Made by a program: the position numbers and the translations under genes. Source: an uncultured Planctomycetota bacterium (GTDB lineage Bacteria > Planctomycetota > Planctomycetia > Pirellulales > Lacipirellulaceae). Taken from it: a DNA stretch of 64,000 bases. Location: positions 448,001-512,000 of the forward strand of contig CAVRBU010000001.1 of assembly GCA_963719315.1 (NCBI GenBank), read 5' to 3'. Position 1 is the first letter of the stretch, and every line of letters begins with the position of its first letter. This document shows positions 11,019 to 21,174 of the stretch, in pieces. A model generated the notes under the pieces. The model had not been told where the DNA came from, searched no databases, and saw nothing but the letters and a program-made list of their open reading frames with translations.

Positions 11019-12345
11019 GGCTCGTGGTGCGCGATGCGGCCCGTCTTCCGCCAGGCGCCTTTACATCGTAGCACCAGAGCGTGCCCCAGTCGTGAATGTA
11101 GAGTCGGCCATCCGAAATCACCGGATATTCCCACGCCTTGCCGACGCGGTCGCTTGGAACATCGGGCGGCGTGAAGTGGCCTAGTTCGTGATAGGCGTCA
11201 GGCGAGGCTTCCAAGAGTGCAACGTCGCCATCCTTTTCACCGTGCAGGTAGAGACGGCCATCGGCAAAACAGATGGAAGCGGGTGAGACGGCTCGCTCCT
11301 TGGTCCATTTCACTTCGCCCGTTTTGAAATCGACGCATTGCGTTAATTCGTCGCCGGTTCCGTACAGGTACTCGCCGACGAGAACGGCGCCGCCGATCGC
11401 CTTGGGAAGTTTGCGATCGAAATAAACCTCCTCGGCTTTCAAGCCCCCGGCGTCGGGGGTGAGCTTTACGAGCGCGCCCCCCGAATACTTCGTAGCGGAG
11501 TAGATGCAATCATCGGCGGCGATCGGCGTGGCGATGTTTGCCGGGCTGCCTTGGGCCGTATGATCGTAGCGCCACAGGAATTTGCCCGTCTTGGCATCGA
11601 CGCCCACCAGCCCCTTTCCCAGGAATTGCACGTACTGTTTCACGCCCGCCGCGTTAACGATGATGACCGAGGCATAGCCGGCCGCATCGCCCTCCGGCAC
11701 TTGCGATTTCCAAATCACATCGCCATTTTTCTTGTTGAGCGCGACGATCGTAGCCTCTTTGCCGCCAGGCGTGACGACGAGCGTGTTGCCATCCACGAGC
11801 GGCGACTCCGCATAAGCCCAGGTACCCGGCTTGCCGCCAAAATCTGTCCGTAGATTCTTTTGCCAGCGCACCTTGCCTTTGGCCGCATCGACGCAGAAAA
11901 GATCGCCATCAGAACCGAGCGCGTACACCAATTTGCCATCGACCGTGGGAGTTGAACGCGCGCCAGGATACGGCGGTTTCTGATCCGGATTGCCGACCTT
12001 ACCGAGATGCTGTGTCCAAAGTTGTTTGCCGTCTTTCACGCGAAGAGCCTGAACGTATTCGTTGTCCAAACCTTTGTTATTGATCAGGAAGATGCGGCCA
12101 CCGGCGATGGCAGGAGTTGAGTAGCCGTCACCCAGCTTATCGACCCGCCAAACCAGTTTGGGGCCTTCTTCGGGCCACTCCTGAAGCAACCCTTTTTCAT
12201 GGGAAATGCCGTCGCGGTCCGGCCCGCGCCACTGCGGCCATTCGGCGGCTTGCACAGCCATTGCAGAGAGTAGCGCCAAGATGATACTGATAACGCGACA
12301 GGGCTGACCAGCAACTTTTGGCTGCCCAAGGCAAATGCGACTCAC
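10996..12345 (-). CDS. PQQ-binding-like/BamB-like beta-propeller protein
   Basis: AGGAG RBS before GTG 12345; signal peptide then EWPQWRGPDRDG; repeated A.D..TGK..W blades. Confidence 0.9.
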   Translation of the reverse strand: MSRICLGQPKVAGQPCRVISIILALLSAMAVQAAEWPQWRGPDRDGISHEKGLLQEWPEEGPKLVWRVDKLGDGYSTPAIAGGRIFLINNKGLDNEYVQALRVKDGKQLWTQHLGKVGNPDQKPPYPGARSTPTVDGKLVYALGSDGDLFCVDAAKGKVRWQKNLRTDFGGKPGTWAYAESPLVDGNTLVVTPGGKEATIVALNKKNGDVIWKSQVPEGDAAGYASVIIVNAAGVKQYVQFLGKGLVGVDAKTGKFLWRYDHTAQGSPANIATPIAADDCIYSATKYSGGALVKLTPDAGGLKAEEVYFDRKLPKAIGGAVLVGEYLYGTGDELTQCVDFKTGEVKWTKERAVSPASICFADGRLYLHGEKDGDVALLEASPDAYHELGHFTPPDVPSDRVGKAWEYPVISDGRLYIHDWGTLWCYDVKAPGGRRAASRTTSPTKPSRN

Positions 12346-12539
12346 GCTTACATCTCCTACAACGATTCGGCCGAAGCCGGGGATATTCAATGCGTGATTA
12401 TTCTTGAAGTTTTGCGTTGGCGTGTCAAGCAATTGCGCGAAAAGATGCCACTATTCCGCCCTTTTATAGATATGCCCATTCGACGACGCAAACTTATAAT
12501 GGTGATTGGAATCCGGCGCACTCGCGTCATTTGATTTTT

Positions 12540-14405
12540 ATGACCACTGCCACTCCAGCCTTTGCGATCGTGCGCCCGCGCGTGCTCGTGACGCGAACGG
12601 GCGAGTCGCGACTCCTCGACGAAATCGTCGCGGAGATTGCGGAGGAATATGGTTCCGGTCTGATTCGGCTGTGCGGTGGCCCCGGCAGCGGCAAATCGAC
12701 GGCGTTGGCTCATCTGGCAGCCGTGTTTTCTCATGATGCAAACCTCATCTTTTTGGATGAACCGACGCCAGAGCAATTGGTAGCCTACCCAAGCGACCAC
12801 GTCGCTGTTGCGACCATGCCGTCGGGCGACGGCCGCAATTTGGAGGTGGCTCTGCAGCCGTGGGGCATCGATGAACTGATCGAGTACCTATTGGCGGCAC
12901 ACCACGATGCCTGCGGTTCAGTGATCGAGCGGCTGGGCGCGGCTGCGAATCATCTTTGGGCGCCGCAGTTGGCCTGCATTGTTCTGAATCGGTTCGCTCA
13001 AGACCCCTCGCTGACCGATCCATTGGACGCACTGCTGCCGCACGTTTACGAACTTCTGCCGACCGCCAAGCAGCAGCTAGCCGCCGAAGAGTTTTACGCC
13101 GCGATGCTTATCGGTGGCGGCAAGCAGATAGAGACAGCACACTCGAAGCTGAAAAGGACCAATGTTTCGGAGGACGCGATAGCGTTGCTGCGGCATCCGA
13201 TGGTGCATCTGCCGCTGGCCGCGAAATCTCTATTGGACAAGATTGAAAACGGTTCTGTGGACACCCTTAAGCAACGATGGCCAGTGGCCTTGGTCGAATC
13301 AGTAGGCAGTGGGTGTGCGGGGCGACCGAAAGCACTGGTCCAGCTTCACAAGCTCCTGGCAACGCCGCAGGCGGAAGCAAAGCACGCGTTGGCAGCGAGT
13401 ATCCTTTTCATGGCCGAGCCGGGCTGGCGGCCAGAAAAGCCACGATGCCCCTGGCGACTGACGAATGGAATCTTCTGCGGCGCGGAGTGGTCGGACGTAA
13501 ATCTTTTCAAGGCCGACATCTCGCACTGCGACTTTACAGACGCCAATCTGGCAGAAGCGAATCTCGAATGCGCCAACGCCGAGTTTGCGCTCTTCGACGA
13601 CGCCAGCCTCGCAGCAGCGGTGATGATTCGCCTCTCGGCGAATTCGGCCAGCTTTCGCCGCGCCAATTTGGAAGGCGCCAAACTGCCAAACGCGAAGTTG
13701 AAAAATGCTAACTTTAGCGGGGCCAACTTGACCGGTGCTGCGATGATGATGGCCGACTTGTGCGAAGCCGAGTTGTCATCGGCCAGGTTGCAGCGAGGCG
13801 ATCTCTCCCAAGCGAAATTACTTCGCGCTAAACTCCAGGATACGAGCTTCACCGACGCGAATTTGCGTGGCGCAGACCTGTCGGGTGTCGATCTTCGGCA
13901 AGTAAAGATCAACGGCGCATGCCTGGAAGGTGCATTGTTGAAGGAAGTTCAGTGGGAGGATTCGCACGTCGCCGGCGCAAAACTGAAAGGCGCTGATCTT
14001 TCGCGTGCCCATCTCACGGGCTCGTCTTTCCCGGCGGCCGATCTGCGCGGCGCGAATCTAAAAGGCGCGGGACTTGCCGAAATCGATTGGGAGGAGGCCG
14101 ACTTGCGCGACGCAGATCTACGGGGCGCAACTTTCCATTTGGGCCCTTCCCGCAGCGGACTGGTCGGCAGCAATATCGCCTGCGAGGGGAGCAAAACTGG
14201 TTTTTACACGGATGATCTGGAGGACATGACGTTCAAACGGCCGGAAGAAATCCGCAAGGCAAATTTGTGCAGCGCCGATCTGCGTGGGGTAAAAGCGGAT
14301 AATGTCGATTTTTACCTCGTGGATTTACGCCAGGCAAAGCTCGACCCCGAGTTGCGCGAGCAAGCGCGGAGCACCGGTGCAATCCTGGAAAACCATCACG
14401 CGTAA
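12540..14405 (+). CDS. P-loop NTPase fused to pentapeptide repeats
   Basis: Walker A GGPGSGKST, Walker B-like LIFLDE; long A(D/N)LxG-type pentapeptide array in the C-terminal half. Confidence 0.85.
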   Translation: MTTATPAFAIVRPRVLVTRTGESRLLDEIVAEIAEEYGSGLIRLCGGPGSGKSTALAHLAAVFSHDANLIFLDEPTPEQLVAYPSDHVAVATMPSGDGRNLEVALQPWGIDELIEYLLAAHHDACGSVIERLGAAANHLWAPQLACIVLNRFAQDPSLTDPLDALLPHVYELLPTAKQQLAAEEFYAAMLIGGGKQIETAHSKLKRTNVSEDAIALLRHPMVHLPLAAKSLLDKIENGSVDTLKQRWPVALVESVGSGCAGRPKALVQLHKLLATPQAEAKHALAASILFMAEPGWRPEKPRCPWRLTNGIFCGAEWSDVNLFKADISHCDFTDANLAEANLECANAEFALFDDASLAAAVMIRLSANSASFRRANLEGAKLPNAKLKNANFSGANLTGAAMMMADLCEAELSSARLQRGDLSQAKLLRAKLQDTSFTDANLRGADLSGVDLRQVKINGACLEGALLKEVQWEDSHVAGAKLKGADLSRAHLTGSSFPAADLRGANLKGAGLAEIDWEEADLRDADLRGATFHLGPSRSGLVGSNIACEGSKTGFYTDDLEDMTFKRPEEIRKANLCSADLRGVKADNVDFYLVDLRQAKLDPELREQARSTGAILENHHA

Positions 14406-14485
14406 CGTCGCCGGATTGCGGCCGCGAGCGCGACTGCCGCATTCTCCCATTGTCCGTCGGGCGGCCAGACGCCACACTGGTTCGC

Positions 14486-15277
14486 ATGGCTGAACTACTA
14501 GCTCCCTCTTCGCTGCTGGCCTTGGTGGCTCTTACGGCGCTCGAGATCGTGCTGGGCGTCGATAACCTCGTGTTCATTGCCATTCTCACCGGCCGGTTGC
14601 CGCCGGAACGCCGCCCGCAGGCCAGGCGGTTGGGGCTGGGGATGGCCGCGTTTGGGCGGATCGCGCTGCTGATGGCCGCGTCGTGGGTCGTTACCTTGGA
14701 GGAATGGAAGCTGCCGAGCCTCGGGGGTTTGGAACTTTCGATTCGCGATGTGATCCTGATCGCCGGCGGTACGTTCTTGCTGGGAAAGGCCACGTGGGAG
14801 ATTCATGAAACGCTCGAAGGCGAAGTCCACCATGCCGGCGCCGCGGTGCCGCGAGCGATTAGTGTGCGAAGCGTCATCGGGCAGATCCTGTTGCTGGACC
14901 TGGTGTTTTCGATCGATTCGGTGCTGACCGCGGTGGCGATGGTCGAGCCCGGCAATACCGCGAAATTCTCATCGCCTTCAATACCGTTTACGACGGTGCC
15001 TTGGCCGGCGATGGCTCTCATGAGCGCGGCCGTTTTGGCGGCAGTCGGAGTGATGCTGTGGTTCATCACGCCGGTGTCCAACTTTATCGAACGCCACCCT
15101 ACGGTAAAAATGCTGGCGCTGGCGTTCCTCTTGTTGATCGGAATGGTATTGGTCGCCGACGGCTTCCATCACCACATTTCGCGGGGCTACATCTATTTTG
15201 CGATGGGCTTCAGCATTTTTGTGGAATTGCTCAATATCAAAATGCGCAACCGGCGCGAACGAATCCACGCTCGGTGA
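14486..15277 (+). CDS. TerC family integral membrane protein
   Basis: LEIVLGVDNLVFIAIL, DLVFSIDSVLTA and GYIYFAMGFS motifs. Confidence 0.93.
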   Translation: MAELLAPSSLLALVALTALEIVLGVDNLVFIAILTGRLPPERRPQARRLGLGMAAFGRIALLMAASWVVTLEEWKLPSLGGLELSIRDVILIAGGTFLLGKATWEIHETLEGEVHHAGAAVPRAISVRSVIGQILLLDLVFSIDSVLTAVAMVEPGNTAKFSSPSIPFTTVPWPAMALMSAAVLAAVGVMLWFITPVSNFIERHPTVKMLALAFLLLIGMVLVADGFHHHISRGYIYFAMGFSIFVELLNIKMRNRRERIHAR

Positions 15278-15306
15278 CACAGAATATTTTAGAGGTGTAT
15301 TGTTCC

Positions 15307-15591
15307 ATGGGCATTGAACCGAATGCAGTGTGGCGCGAGTTGTTCACCAAGTGGCCAGCCAGCATTCCGAAGCGCGGCGTGGTGGTGACGACGTTGAACG
15401 AAGTGACGCCCTTCAAAAGCTTCCTGATTAAGGGCGATCTGCTGCTGCTGGAACGCACGAATCCCGATGCGATCGGCGCACGATTCCTGTTGCTTGGTTT
15501 CGACGCGATTCACGTGGTCAAGCTGATCGACCCAATGAAGGAAGAGGTCTTCACTGCCGCCGGTTTTGTGGGGCATTTTGCTAAGGCGTAA
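15307..15591 (+). CDS. Small hypothetical protein
   Basis: GAGG RBS; protein-like 94-aa ORF (WPASIPKRGVVVT...LLERTNPDAIGARF). Confidence 0.7.
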   Translation: MGIEPNAVWRELFTKWPASIPKRGVVVTTLNEVTPFKSFLIKGDLLLLERTNPDAIGARFLLLGFDAIHVVKLIDPMKEEVFTAAGFVGHFAKA

Positions 15592-15639
15592 CGCGAGTGT
15601 TACTCCTGGGGCAACCGCCGATTGGAGCAACTTAGGCTG

Positions 15640-17367
15640 TTACGCAACCACCACGCGGCGGCAGGGACGCCCGGTCGATATCGCGGCAATCAGAGCCACG
15701 AGCGCCAGCACAACCGTGCCAGGCTCCGGCACGGGCATGAAGAACACGTTGCCTTGCAAGTTCGTGATCGACGTATTCAGGCGGATGACGTCCGATAATT
15801 TGAGCGACATCAGCCAGTTGAGATCGTTGGTCGATAAGTCGGCGTCCTGCGTGAACCAGAAGCGGTCGCCATCGCGAATTCGCGTGAATTGATCGAGTAA
15901 CCCATACGTGATTAGTTCGCCGACTTGCGAATCGGCCAAGTGGTCTTCAGACAGCGCACCGACCCAAGCATCGATGTCATCGACGCTCCCGTACAGCGTT
16001 TCGAGTCCCGCGACGATGGATGGATCGGTGGAAATATCGGCAAACGTCGCCTTCGGCGCCAGGCCGAATGCTACGCGCATTGCGTTGTAGCCGGGCAAAC
16101 CGTGGTCGCGACCACGCTGGATATTCAAGCTGGCGAGATCGAACCCGCCGGGGATCGGGTCGCCAAACAGGAAATTGCGCACATCGTCCACCATATGCAT
16201 ATCAACGTCCTGCTGCTGATCGGAAGCCAGGCCTTTCAGCAAGTAATCCAATTCATTGGTTCCGGCGAGGCTTTGCGGCAAAAAGAAGGCGTGTTGCAAC
16301 CCCATGGGCCCGCCCGGCGCTTCGGTTCCGTCGTTTTGCATCCGCATCAAGTTGGGCGAGAGCATCGTGTGCCCCACGCGGTATAACGCCGTGGAAACCT
16401 CGTTCAGAATCGCCGCGTTCTGACCCGGATCGTACACGCTATAGACGCTCGGGGCGTACGAGCCTAACAGCGCTGGCAAGAACTCGTTATAGGTGATGGC
16501 CTGAATTTCGGCCCCGACCAACTTGCGAGCGCGCTCATAGATTTCGTCGTCGGTGCCACCGACGGTGGTCGCAATCTGGTCGGCCAGGCGATTGTGCTCG
16601 CGTACGAACAGCGTTTGCACGGCCGTCAGGCCCACCTGCTCATTGGCACGCACATCCCCGGCCAGATAAAACTGGTTAGCCGGCTGGCCGCCCGTCGCGT
16701 TCGGCTGTCCAAACGCATTAAGCGGCATGAGGTTGCCAGCGCTGGTGAGCAGGCGTCCGCCCGCATGCTCGCGGAGGAAATTGGCACGGGTAGTATCGGA
16801 GCCATAGACCATCGACGCATCGAGATACGATGTTACATCGTTGATCTGTTGCCGCGGATTACCTGGGCCGGTTCCCGTCGCCAGATCGTATTTCGATCGC
16901 TGGAAGCCCATCACCTGCGTGCCGGTACTATTCTTATCGAACTGTGGATCGCCAAAGGGAATCGGGATGTTAAAGTCTTCCGGCGGATCGGCAGCATTTG
17001 TGAGATCGAGATCGTGATCGACAAACTGACCCCATTGAAAGACCCAATCGGTCATGGAATGGTTGTTGGGGAGCATGATCGTTTGGGCCACGACCATGTT
17101 GCTGATATCGCGCGGATTCGGCAGGGCCGGATTCGGCGGCGTGGGACCAAGCAATCCGCCGCGCGGCGTGGAGAAGCCGTCGTCGTATGCCGTGCCGGCG
17201 ATCCGTGCCAGCTGCGTGCCGGCAGCGCCCCAGCTTGAATTCGCCATGTTATTGCCGCTGCCGTCGATCGAGCGATATTCCACGCCCGCGGCACCCGGCA
17301 CGAAGCAGGCACAGAGGGCCATGCCGATCGCGAATCGCACGAATCCACAGCTGCCGACAAAGTTCAT
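15640..17367 (-). CDS. Animal-type heme peroxidase with PEP-CTERM sorting signal
   Basis: YRSIDGSGNN, WGQFVDHD, TSYLDASMVYGS, GDVRANEQ, RVGH, NIQRGRDHG, RDGDRFWF; C-terminal VPEP + TM + basic tail. Confidence 0.93.
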   Translation of the reverse strand: MNFVGSCGFVRFAIGMALCACFVPGAAGVEYRSIDGSGNNMANSSWGAAGTQLARIAGTAYDDGFSTPRGGLLGPTPPNPALPNPRDISNMVVAQTIMLPNNHSMTDWVFQWGQFVDHDLDLTNAADPPEDFNIPIPFGDPQFDKNSTGTQVMGFQRSKYDLATGTGPGNPRQQINDVTSYLDASMVYGSDTTRANFLREHAGGRLLTSAGNLMPLNAFGQPNATGGQPANQFYLAGDVRANEQVGLTAVQTLFVREHNRLADQIATTVGGTDDEIYERARKLVGAEIQAITYNEFLPALLGSYAPSVYSVYDPGQNAAILNEVSTALYRVGHTMLSPNLMRMQNDGTEAPGGPMGLQHAFFLPQSLAGTNELDYLLKGLASDQQQDVDMHMVDDVRNFLFGDPIPGGFDLASLNIQRGRDHGLPGYNAMRVAFGLAPKATFADISTDPSIVAGLETLYGSVDDIDAWVGALSEDHLADSQVGELITYGLLDQFTRIRDGDRFWFTQDADLSTNDLNWLMSLKLSDVIRLNTSITNLQGNVFFMPVPEPGTVVLALVALIAAISTGRPCRRVVVA

Positions 17368-17462
17368 ACGGTTGCAACTCAAAAGTAACGAAAGTCGAGC
17401 GTGTTCTGGTGGGGGCCTATATATTCGCTCCGCGCGGCAATGCTTTCTCTGAATTTTCGGAT

Positions 17463-17525
17463 TAGCCGCAGGGCGCTAGCCCACGGTTCGAGCGACAATA
17501 ACCGCGGGCTAGCGCCCTGCGGCCT
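17463..17525. repeat. REP-like inverted doublet
   Basis: TAGCCGCAGGGCGCTAGCCCACGGTT / AACCGCGGGCTAGCGCCCTGCGGCCT. Confidence 0.85.
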
Positions 17526-17546
17526 ATCTGTGAATTGCGATGTATT

Positions 17547-17569
17547 CTGAATCTTGCGAATTCAGCTAC
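17547..17569. repeat. Single REP-like unit of the GTAGCTGAA family
   Basis: CTGAATCTTGCGAATTCAGCTAC resembles the arms at 29260..29319 and 32704..32766. Confidence 0.6.
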
Positions 17570-17785
17570 GGTTTGGAAACTCCTTCCAGTCGACCATCCG
17601 CTTCCAAAGGAACGGCGTGCACTCAGACGATGCTTAGAATCCAAAGAGCCAACATCCGCCGAGAAAGCGTAAGAACTCATCCCCGAAACTTACTCTAGCA
17701 TGGGCGGCCAGTGAAGTTTCGTCAATAGTTTGGGCTGTTTCGGCGGGCTGTAGAATCGTTCAATTCAGCAGAATTCAACGAGGAT

Positions 17786-18601
17786 TCAGCCCGGTTTTTC
17801 CGTTTGCAGCCCCGGCAGATCGGCCCCGGTGATGCACAGCCGCTCGATCGCGGTGGCCCGGCCCGTTTCGGCGTCGGCGGTCACGATCGTGCCACAGAGC
17901 CGCACGTCCTTGGTGGCCACGTCGAATTCGGTGGGGAGCCCCGTAAGCGTCGTTTCCATTACGCGGTCGATTCGGCGGCCAATGATGCTCTCGAACGGGC
18001 CGGTCATGCCGACGTCGCACTGGAAGGCGGTCCCGGATGGCAAGATGCATTCGTCGGCCGTGGGCACATGCGTGTGCGTGCCGAGGACGGCTGTGACGCG
18101 GCCATCGAGGTAGCGGCCCATAAGTTGCATCTCGCTCGTGGCTTCAGCGTGGAAGTCGATCAGGCGAATCCGCACATCGCTCGGCACCGCGGCCAGCACG
18201 CGGTCGGCTGCTTGCCACGGGCTATCGACCGGCTTCATGAACAGCCGGCCCAGAAAGCAAGCGATCGCCACCGGCACTCCGCTGGGCGACTGGATGACTA
18301 CCCAATCCCTCCCCACCGCTTCGGGCGGCAGATTGGCTGGCTTCACGATGTTCGGTTCGTTCTCCAACACCGAATAGATTTCCTTGCGCCGATAGACGTG
18401 ATCGCCAAGTGTGATGCCGTCGACGCCGCCCCGGATAAGTTCCCGGTAAATGGCCGGCGTGAGACCGGAGCCGCCGGCGGCGTTTTCGGCGTTGGCGATC
18501 ACCAGTTCGAGGTCGTACTTGGCCTTCAGGCCATTCACGGCGGCGCAAACAATGTCGCGGCCGGGTTTCCCAACGATGTCGCCGATGAAAAGAATTCGCA
18601 C
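17786..18601 (-). CDS. ymdB: YmdB/TIGR00282-family metallophosphoesterase
   Basis: RILFIGDIVG, NAENAAGG, DFHAEATSE, GTHTHVPTAD, DVGMTGP; directly downstream of rny. Confidence 0.92.
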   Translation of the reverse strand: MRILFIGDIVGKPGRDIVCAAVNGLKAKYDLELVIANAENAAGGSGLTPAIYRELIRGGVDGITLGDHVYRRKEIYSVLENEPNIVKPANLPPEAVGRDWVVIQSPSGVPVAIACFLGRLFMKPVDSPWQAADRVLAAVPSDVRIRLIDFHAEATSEMQLMGRYLDGRVTAVLGTHTHVPTADECILPSGTAFQCDVGMTGPFESIIGRRIDRVMETTLTGLPTEFDVATKDVRLCGTIVTADAETGRATAIERLCITGADLPGLQTEKPG

Positions 18602-18679
18602 GATTGTCGATCGAGTAGGTCCGGCGGGCCGAGCCGGAAAGTTTGTACTGTCGCTCTCGCGCCGCTCCGCTCGCGGCAC

Positions 18680-20280
18680 TTACTTAGCGGTCTCGGTAAA
18701 TCTATTTTCGCGAATCATAGTGACTTTGATCTCGCCTGGGTAAGTCAACTGCTGCTCGAAGGCATTCGCAATCTCGCGGCAGATTTTAGCGGCGGATTCG
18801 TCGGTCGTCGTCTTGGTGCTCGCGATTACGCGCACTTCGCGGCCCGCTTGAATTGCGAACGCCTGCTCGACGCCCTGGAAGCCGGTGGCGATTGTTTCAA
18901 GCTCCTGCATCCGCTTGATATAGCGGTCGAGTGTTTCGCGACGGGCGCCGGGCGCGACGCGCTGCATGCATCGGCGGCAGCCACGAGCACAGTGTACGGC
19001 ATATCGGGGCGGATATCGTCGTGATGGCCGAGCGCGGCGTGGACGACTTCGGCGCCCTCGCCATAGCGCTTGAGCAGATCGGCGCCGATCTGCGGGTGGC
19101 CCCCTTCCATATCGTGGTCGGCTGCTTTGCCGATATCGTGCAGCAAGCCGGCGCGGCGAGCGAGAACGGCGTCCATCCCCAATTCCTCGGCCATGGCGCT
19201 CGCCACAAAGGACACTTCGATCGAATGACGCAGCACGTTTTGGCTGTAACTGGTGCGATAGTGCAACCGGCCCAGCAGGTTGACGACACGCTCGTTGAGA
19301 CCGCGAATCTGAGTCTCCTGGACGGCTTCTTCTCCATACCGGCGAATTTGCTTCTCGATCTCGGTTTGTGTTTCGGCGACGAGCTCTTCAATTCGCGTGG
19401 GATGGATGCGGCCATCCGCGATAAGTTTATTGAGCGAGATTTTGGCGATCTCGCGGCGAACCGGGTCAAACGCGCTGACAATCACCACCCCCGGCGTGTC
19501 GTCAATGATCACGTCCACGCCGGTCGCCTTTTCGAAGGCGCGAATGTTCCGCCCTTCGCGACCGATGATGCGGCCCTTCATCTCGTCGCTGGGGATGTCC
19601 ACGGTGCTCGTCGTGGCTTCGGCCGTGTGAGCGGCGGCGAACCGCTGAATCGATGTCACCAGGATTTCTTTGGCCTTTACATCGCAAATGGCGGCGAGCT
19701 CCTTTTCTTTCTTGAGAATCAGCGCGCCTTGCTCGTGCGACAACTCCTGATCCAGCCGCTCCAAGAGCCTGCGCTTGGCCTCCTCAGGGCTGAGGCCGCT
19801 GATCTGGTGGAGGGCTTGCCGTTGCACGTTGAGCAGGTTGTCGAGCTCGGCCTGGCGGCGATTCGCGTCTTCGAGTTTCTCGCTCAGCTTGCGCTGGTTG
19901 TTCTCGACCATCTTCTCCTGTTTTTGAAGCTGATCGGCGCGACCTTCGAGCATATCCTGTTGCTTATCGAGATGACGCTCGCGGTCGAACATCTTCTGCC
20001 GCATTTCATTGAGTTGGTCCTCGATGCGGCTTTTTTCGCGTAGGGCCATCTCCTTGGCCTCGACTTCGGCTTCCTTGCGGCGTGAAACAGCCTGGATCTC
20101 CGCATTTTCGAGGATTTGCCGCGCCTCCTTCTCGGCGTCATGCTTCCGCAAGTACCCGATCAGTTTGATGACGCCCATGCCCAATAACGCGGCAACGAAG
20201 GCAACCGACACGATTAGCCAGGGATTGTTTCCTCCGTCGGTTTGCTGGGCGAGCAAAAATAGGGAAATATAGGGCGACAC
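18680..20280 (-). CDS. rny: Ribonuclease Y; frameshift near 18950
   Basis: N-terminal TM and coiled coil; KH motif [16 protein letters not shown] motif GLLHDIGK; C-terminus [10 protein letters not shown]...YPGEIKVT in 18680..18967. Confidence 0.95.
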
Positions 20281-20836
20281 TTCCGCAACTCCTTGTCCGA
20301 TACACTCCGAGGGGCGAATCTGCCGAAGTTGATCCTCGACAGACAACACTGCCTGAGAGCGTTTATGTTCGCGACCGCTGAAAAACGCGAATCGCCGGAC
20401 AGATGCGTGGACGCTCGTCGTTCCCGAACTGGGACCGTAAAGGCACACAACAATTGGCGCGTTCCCGGCCAATCTCACGCGGCGCTAGGAAGTCGCCTGC
20501 GAATGAGAAGCAAGTCGAGTTTCGGCTAGGACCATCTCCGCCGCGGCGCTGCTTGCTCGGCAAGCGCTGGGGCCAGAGAATAGAAGGCGCTGCCATAGAG
20601 CAGCTCGTGCCGATGACGCAATGCCCGGGTGACCGGGCCGTCGCGCCGTCCCATGGTGTCGAACCAAAGCACTGGTTCCCTGCGTGCCCATGCAACTTCG
20701 CCTATCGAGATGCGCAACCACGATCCGCTGCCAACATCCATTCGGGCGGGCTGACTGTTGCACGACAGGTTCCGCAATCCGCGCCAGAGCAGAGCGATTC
20801 GGCCGATAATCCAAACGGCCGACGCCAGCAGGGCGC

Positions 20837-21006
20837 GAAACCCGTGCGATTCAGTAATGGTCAACAACTGACTTGAACTCATACACAAACGTTCTTATGT
20901 AGCGTTACGTTCTGCCCGACGGCGTTTGATAGCCACCGGCTCAAACACGTCAAATTCCACAAGATTCATCCTCCTGTGCCGGCCAACGGGCCAAGCACGC
21001 GGATTC
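20837..21006 (-). ncRNA. ssrS: Probable 6S RNA
   Basis: ~170 nt; 5' GAATCCGCGTGC pairs with 3' GCACGGGTTTC; internal TTGAGCC and GAGTTCAAG motifs; upstream of rny; sigma70 promoter immediately 5'. Confidence 0.7.
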
Positions 21007-21011
21007 ACTCT

Positions 21012-21041
21012 ATCTTAATGAAATTCCACCGCGTATTGCAA
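21012..21041 (-). promoter_or_regulatory. Sigma70-type promoter for 6S RNA/rny
   Basis: TTGCAA-N18-TAAGAT on the minus strand, ending about 6 nt before the predicted RNA 5' end. Confidence 0.6.
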
Positions 21042-21174
21042 CCCGGCAGCGGGGTTGCGAACGCGACATTTTGAGAATTCAACCTCCGAACCGTTCAATG
21101 GCAGCGCGGCGGGCCATACAAATTGACTCTTTTACGCGATTAGCCAGACAGGCGAGCCAAAGTACGGGAACCGA

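Noticed and set aside
18680..20280. rny (and likewise purF) as pseudogenes or programmed frameshifts
   Set aside because: Motifs are intact on both sides, there is no slippery signal, and similar indels occur across the window, which points to sequence error
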